Source: a virus. Taken from it: a stretch of 64,000 bases of DNA. How positions within the stretch are numbered: position 1 is the stretch's first letter; every line of letters begins with the position of its first letter. Positions 60,908-64,000 of the stretch are shown piece after piece. Made by a program: the position numbers and the translations under genes. Below the pieces are notes generated by a model, which saw only the letters and a list, made by a program, of their open reading frames with translations, did not search any database and was not told the origin of the DNA. The DNA lies in IMG/VR virus record IMGVR_UViG_3300025137_004926. The stretch is one strand, 5' to 3'.

Positions 60908-61001
60908 GTTTTTTCAATTCCTCTAATCTCTTTTTCATTTCTCTGCGTCTTTTAAACTCTGTCCAAGGGAAAAGAATAATATCAATTATCTTTCTAATCA
61001 T
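60885..61001 (-). CDS. Small basic protein, 38 aa (absent from the ORF track)
   Basis: MIRKIIDIILFPWTEFKRRREMKKRLEELKKRDPFIYK; ATGA-coupled to the upstream gene. Confidence 0.6.
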   Translation of the reverse strand: MIRKIIDIILFPWTEFKRRREMKKRLEELKKRDPFIYK

Positions 61002-61717
61002 GATTTATTTCCTTTTATATCTGCATGTAATATTTCAGCCCATTCTCTATGAGCCTCTTCATCTGGATGCATATAGCGTTCATCTCCTTCTACAGGAAAG
61101 AACTTTTTATTGTCATACATATAAGTAAAAAACGTTTGGTCTTCGTATATTTTACTCATATCTAATTGTTTATAAACTGAAACCATATCACTTTGCTCAC
61201 ATAACTCTGTAAACTTTGTTGGCTCTAGTAAATTAGGTGTTAAATTAAGTGAATTAAATATTAAATAAGGTATATTATTAGCAGTAAAGAAATTCTGGAG
61301 TGTTAATATATTAATTAAATATGAATGAAAATCATATACTGGTGACCAGAAATGCTTCATATATAACTGATTAAACAAATCTAAATCACGATTGGATTGC
61401 TCATCTAAATTAATATTCCCATGATACTCATGTGATGGAATATTATGAACTAATAAATTCTTTTTCTCAATAAAATGCTCTCTGCGATTAGGAGCGGTCA
61501 TACCAATAGCTACAAAATCAACTGCTTCACCACTAACTAGTTTATCACTTACAGTAGTAACGGTATTACGAACAATGTAATTATTCGATACACCACGTTG
61601 AGCCTCAGTTTCTACTCCACTAATATTCATCTTTTCAGCAAGTATAAAAGGCCATGCTCTGTCTTTGTGGGCTAGACCAGTTCCATATGTGAAACTACAT
61701 CCGTTTGCATATAACAT
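60998..61717 (-). CDS. SGNH hydrolase/acyltransferase-like protein
   Basis: LYANGCSFTYG, GVSN, HPDEEAH. Confidence 0.65.
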   Translation of the reverse strand: MLYANGCSFTYGTGLAHKDRAWPFILAEKMNISGVETEAQRGVSNNYIVRNTVTTVSDKLVSGEAVDFVAIGMTAPNRREHFIEKKNLLVHNIPSHEYHGNINLDEQSNRDLDLFNQLYMKHFWSPVYDFHSYLINILTLQNFFTANNIPYLIFNSLNLTPNLLEPTKFTELCEQSDMVSVYKQLDMSKIYEDQTFFTYMYDNKKFFPVEGDERYMHPDEEAHREWAEILHADIKGNKS

Positions 61718-61731
61718 ATTTTATTCCTTAT

Positions 61732-62307
61732 TTAATTATTATACTTGAAACAGCCAAGTAATGCAAGTCTTTTCTCACCTGAATTAACTACTTGATGTTC
61801 CCAATTAGTATTAACGTACCAGACTTCTCCGGGAGTTTGCGTAGTAGATACTACCGCTTTCCGTTTCTTTATCTCAAATTGCTGGACGCCATTTAATACA
61901 CATATGAATCTATCTAACGCTGGTTGGTCTATATGCCAGGGTAGAGTCTCATTTGGCTCCATTACTGCATATCTTAGACGATATACTGGACCACTCAAAA
62001 TGCTTTCTAACTCTGAAATTGCTGGTTTTAAACGTAAAAATCTTTCATCTATGTAATTAAAATCTGTTTCTACTGGATCATTAACAAGAGAGGTTTGAAT
62101 ATCACGCTGGTCATACCCATCAGGCATATAAGAATCTTCTTCTTTATACATACCTGAACGTGAACGTAATGCACTAGTAGACACCATAGAAGAACTCGCA
62201 TTAAAGAAATGTTCTCTAAAAAGAGCGATAGAAGAACTCGCTATAGTACCCATATTATTGGTTAATGGTAACTTAATTCTTTTATTTGCTATTGCTCTAC
62301 GATCCAT
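61732..62307 (-). CDS. Asp/Asn beta-hydroxylase-like 2OG-Fe(II) oxygenase
   Basis: RLRYAVMEP..WHID..HQVVN..RLAL. Confidence 0.7.
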   Translation of the reverse strand: MDRRAIANKRIKLPLTNNMGTIASSSIALFREHFFNASSSMVSTSALRSRSGMYKEEDSYMPDGYDQRDIQTSLVNDPVETDFNYIDERFLRLKPAISELESILSGPVYRLRYAVMEPNETLPWHIDQPALDRFICVLNGVQQFEIKKRKAVVSTTQTPGEVWYVNTNWEHQVVNSGEKRLALLGCFKYNN

Positions 62308-62320
62308 CTAAAACTCCTTT

Positions 62321-62352
62321 GATAAATAATATCTGTATATAATGTATTTATA
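62321..62352. promoter_or_regulatory. Pair of oppositely oriented late-promoter motifs
   Basis: GATAAATA on + (62321-62328) toward ACP; TATAAATA on - (62345-62352) toward the tailoring operon. Confidence 0.5.
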
Positions 62353-62364
62353 CAAGAAGGGATT

Positions 62365-62601
62365 ATGAGTAAAACACTAAAAGTACTTAAAGAATTAGCA
62401 CTACGAGACCATGAAGTAACTCTAACACCAGACCATATTACTGCTGGAACTAAGTTTTCAGAACTAGGAATAGACAGTTTGGACTCAATAGAAATGATGG
62501 TATCACTAGAAGACGAACTTGATATAGAACTCAACAACGACAAGCTAGAACGAATAGAGAACATCGCACAGCTAGTAGAGTATCTAAGAGAGTTTGATTA
62601 A
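62365..62601 (+). CDS. acpP: Acyl carrier protein
   Basis: Acidic 78 aa; LGIDSLDSIEMMVSLEDE phosphopantetheine site. Confidence 0.9.
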   Translation: MSKTLKVLKELALRDHEVTLTPDHITAGTKFSELGIDSLDSIEMMVSLEDELDIELNNDKLERIENIAQLVEYLREFD

Positions 62602-62614
62602 AAAGAAAGAACTA

Positions 62615-62636
62615 GGGCGAAGCCCGGAGCGAAGCG
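62615..62636. repeat. Two tandem GCGAAGC mini-hairpin motifs
   Basis: GGGCGAAGCCC (62615-62625) and GCGAAGC (62629-62635). Confidence 0.6.
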
Positions 62637-62682
62637 ACCTCTCGGCAAATTTTTTTGAACTAATTAACAACTGACTTTTGAC

Positions 62683-62901
62683 ATGAGCATTAAAACCTTA
62701 ACCAATGCAGATAATCAAGTATACCTTGACCGTAGAGTCACAGTAGAATACAGTAGACTATGGGGTAGATACATGCTGAACCAGGGTAGTATGAACATCT
62801 TAGATACTTACAACCGTGGACTAGCTTATTCAGTTTATCGTAAACGCACTGGATTAGATATTACTCTTAAAGAATTCTTGACTTTGGTTAAATACACATA
62901 A
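62683..62901 (+). CDS. Hypothetical protein
   Basis: 72-aa ORF, weak support. Confidence 0.35.
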   Translation: MSIKTLTNADNQVYLDRRVTVEYSRLWGRYMLNQGSMNILDTYNRGLAYSVYRKRTGLDITLKEFLTLVKYT

Positions 62902-62963
62902 CAGACTATTAACGATAGAGGATATAGTAACAAACAGAACTAGACCACACACTGAGATAAACT

Positions 62964-63257
62964 ATGAAAACAACCTATACACGGGAGGCTTCAAGATACA
63001 GAAGTTTCACTCTACATCATGAACATCACAGTAGTGGTTACAGACATACTGCTTATCTTAATTCAAGAGTAATAATGATTACTCATTCTCTACCACTACT
63101 ATACAGATACTTACACACTCTTTCGCCAGCTAATAGTGACACCACTGACCGGGACAGGATTATCACACACAAGTATATTACTAACAGAATATCTAAATCA
63201 GACGATATCACACTAATGAATACTAAGAGAGAACTCAATGAAGATACTACCAAGTGA
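62964..63257 (+). CDS. Hypothetical protein
   Basis: 97-aa ORF in a compositionally odd region, weak support. Confidence 0.3.
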   Translation: MKTTYTREASRYRSFTLHHEHHSSGYRHTAYLNSRVIMITHSLPLLYRYLHTLSPANSDTTDRDRIITHKYITNRISKSDDITLMNTKRELNEDTTK

Positions 63258-63399
63258 CGATTTAAATCACAATCCAGACTATAACAAACACTATAAGAGA
63301 TACTTCCCTGAACTGCACCCTGACTACACAGTTAAGCACAGTATACCGGAAAGGTTCTACAATGCTATGCGTAGGGTTATAGCACAGTTGTGGAAATAA
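63238..63399 (+). CDS. Small hypothetical protein, 53 aa
   Basis: MKILPSDDLNHNPDYNKHYKRYFPELHP..; purine-rich upstream sequence. Confidence 0.3.
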   Translation: MKILPSDDLNHNPDYNKHYKRYFPELHPDYTVKHSIPERFYNAMRRVIAQLWK

Positions 63400-63634
63400 A
63401 CGATTAATTAATTAATTAATTTAATATCTGAGATTCCTTTTAGGAACAACGTCCCTCCTTCCGCGGTAATTAATTTATTTTCCTGCAACGTATGGGCTAT
63501 ATGTACCTTTAAGACGCCTTAGAGCGTGATACAGCGTGATTCGCCACCATTCTGGTATACTATTATACACTATACCTAAACGTTTCTCTACGTTGCTTAT
63601 ATAGGGTTATCTATAGTATAATTAATTAATCCAA

Positions 63635-63666
63635 AAACTTGACAAATCCACGAATCAGTGTATACT
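63635..63666 (+). promoter_or_regulatory. Repeated early-type promoter, copy 3
   Basis: AAACTTGACA-N7-GAATC-AGTG-TATACT. Confidence 0.65.
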
Positions 63667-63698
63667 GTAAGTATAGAATGAAAGATGAGGGAACAAAT

Positions 63699-64000
63699 AT
63701 GCAAGAACAGTTAGACAATTTAATTCAGAATATTAAGAATGATTACTTAAAGTGGACTTCACGTAACGGTACGAAAGAGTTAACAGAAGTAAACACCAAT
63801 ATGATTGCTGAATTTAATTCAAAGATTACCCTTAAAGAGGGTCAAAAGTATATCAAAGTTATCAGCGGAGGTTCAGTATGGGGCTTTATCGCTAAGGATG
63901 ACTTTAATAAAGGAAGTAAGTGTTTTAATAAAGGTGATATCTTAAAAGCCGCTGGATGGCAGGCTCCTGCTCTCAATGCCGCAAGAGGTAATATCTTTGA
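63699..64000 (+). CDS. Phage hypothetical protein, runs off the window
   Basis: GAGG SD; MQEQLD..KYIKVI..SVWGFI..GDILKAAGWQAPA..ARGNIF, no stop before the window end. Confidence 0.7.
   Translation, partial: MQEQLDNLIQNIKNDYLKWTSRNGTKELTEVNTNMIAEFNSKITLKEGQKYIKVISGGSVWGFIAKDDFNKGSKCFNKGDILKAAGWQAPALNAARGNIF

Noticed and set aside
464-62564. Many 60-240 aa ORFs antisense or out of frame to long genes (e.g. 13748-14473, 5444-5857, 50942-51340)
   Set aside because: Shadows of well-supported genes, with no motifs or ribosome-binding sites
1-64000. Eukaryotic giant virus origin suggested by PolB, PCNA-like clamp, PMM and CCA enzyme
   Set aside because: Shine-Dalgarno sites, sigma70 promoters, coupled operons and T4-like genes indicate a bacteriophage
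1-64000. tRNA genes, rRNA, CRISPR arrays, integrase or transposase
   Set aside because: None recognised by eye; intergenic gaps are short. A tRNAscan/Infernal run would be needed to exclude small RNAs
1-64000. Stop-codon reassignment as seen in some jumbo phages
   Set aside because: Conserved enzymes are full length in the standard code and TAA, TAG and TGA all end genes

Overview
AT-rich segment of a large (jumbo-type, distantly T4-like) tailed bacteriophage genome, read with the standard code. It has Shine-Dalgarno sites, sigma70-type promoters and T4-late-like (T/G/C)ATAAATA motifs; a marine proteobacterial host is plausible but is inference. Plus strand 1-40 kb: putative head-packaged polyproteins (one carries a CCA-adding enzyme and a nucleotidase), a replication module (dsDNA-binding protein, family B polymerase, sliding clamp, 5' exonuclease, DHFR, ThyA), a 7-deazaguanine DNA-modification locus (DpdA/TGT-like, LxxxHRHxF T-fold protein, FolE, QueE, glycosyltransferase, purine permease, APRT; no QueC or canonical QueD in the window), radical-SAM support genes (MetK, flavodoxin, YgfZ, rhodanese), and a 6.5-kb acyl-tailoring operon (AMP ligase, flavin halogenase, two desaturases, GNAT-like protein, ketosynthase) lying between a MoxR ATPase and its VWA partner. 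Minus strand 40-62 kb: a 22-kb tailoring operon with 7 radical SAM enzymes, 3 Asp/Asn-hydroxylase-like oxygenases, a PLP enzyme, 2 methyltransferase-like proteins, a ~10-module glycosyltransferase-like protein, a carbamoyltransferase and an SGNH protein, divergent from an acyl carrier protein gene. The best candidates for an undescribed system are a phage-encoded lipo-glycan or secondary-metabolite assembly line and a clamp-tethered, possibly glycosylated, deazaguanine DNA modification. All calls are from motif reading, not database searches.
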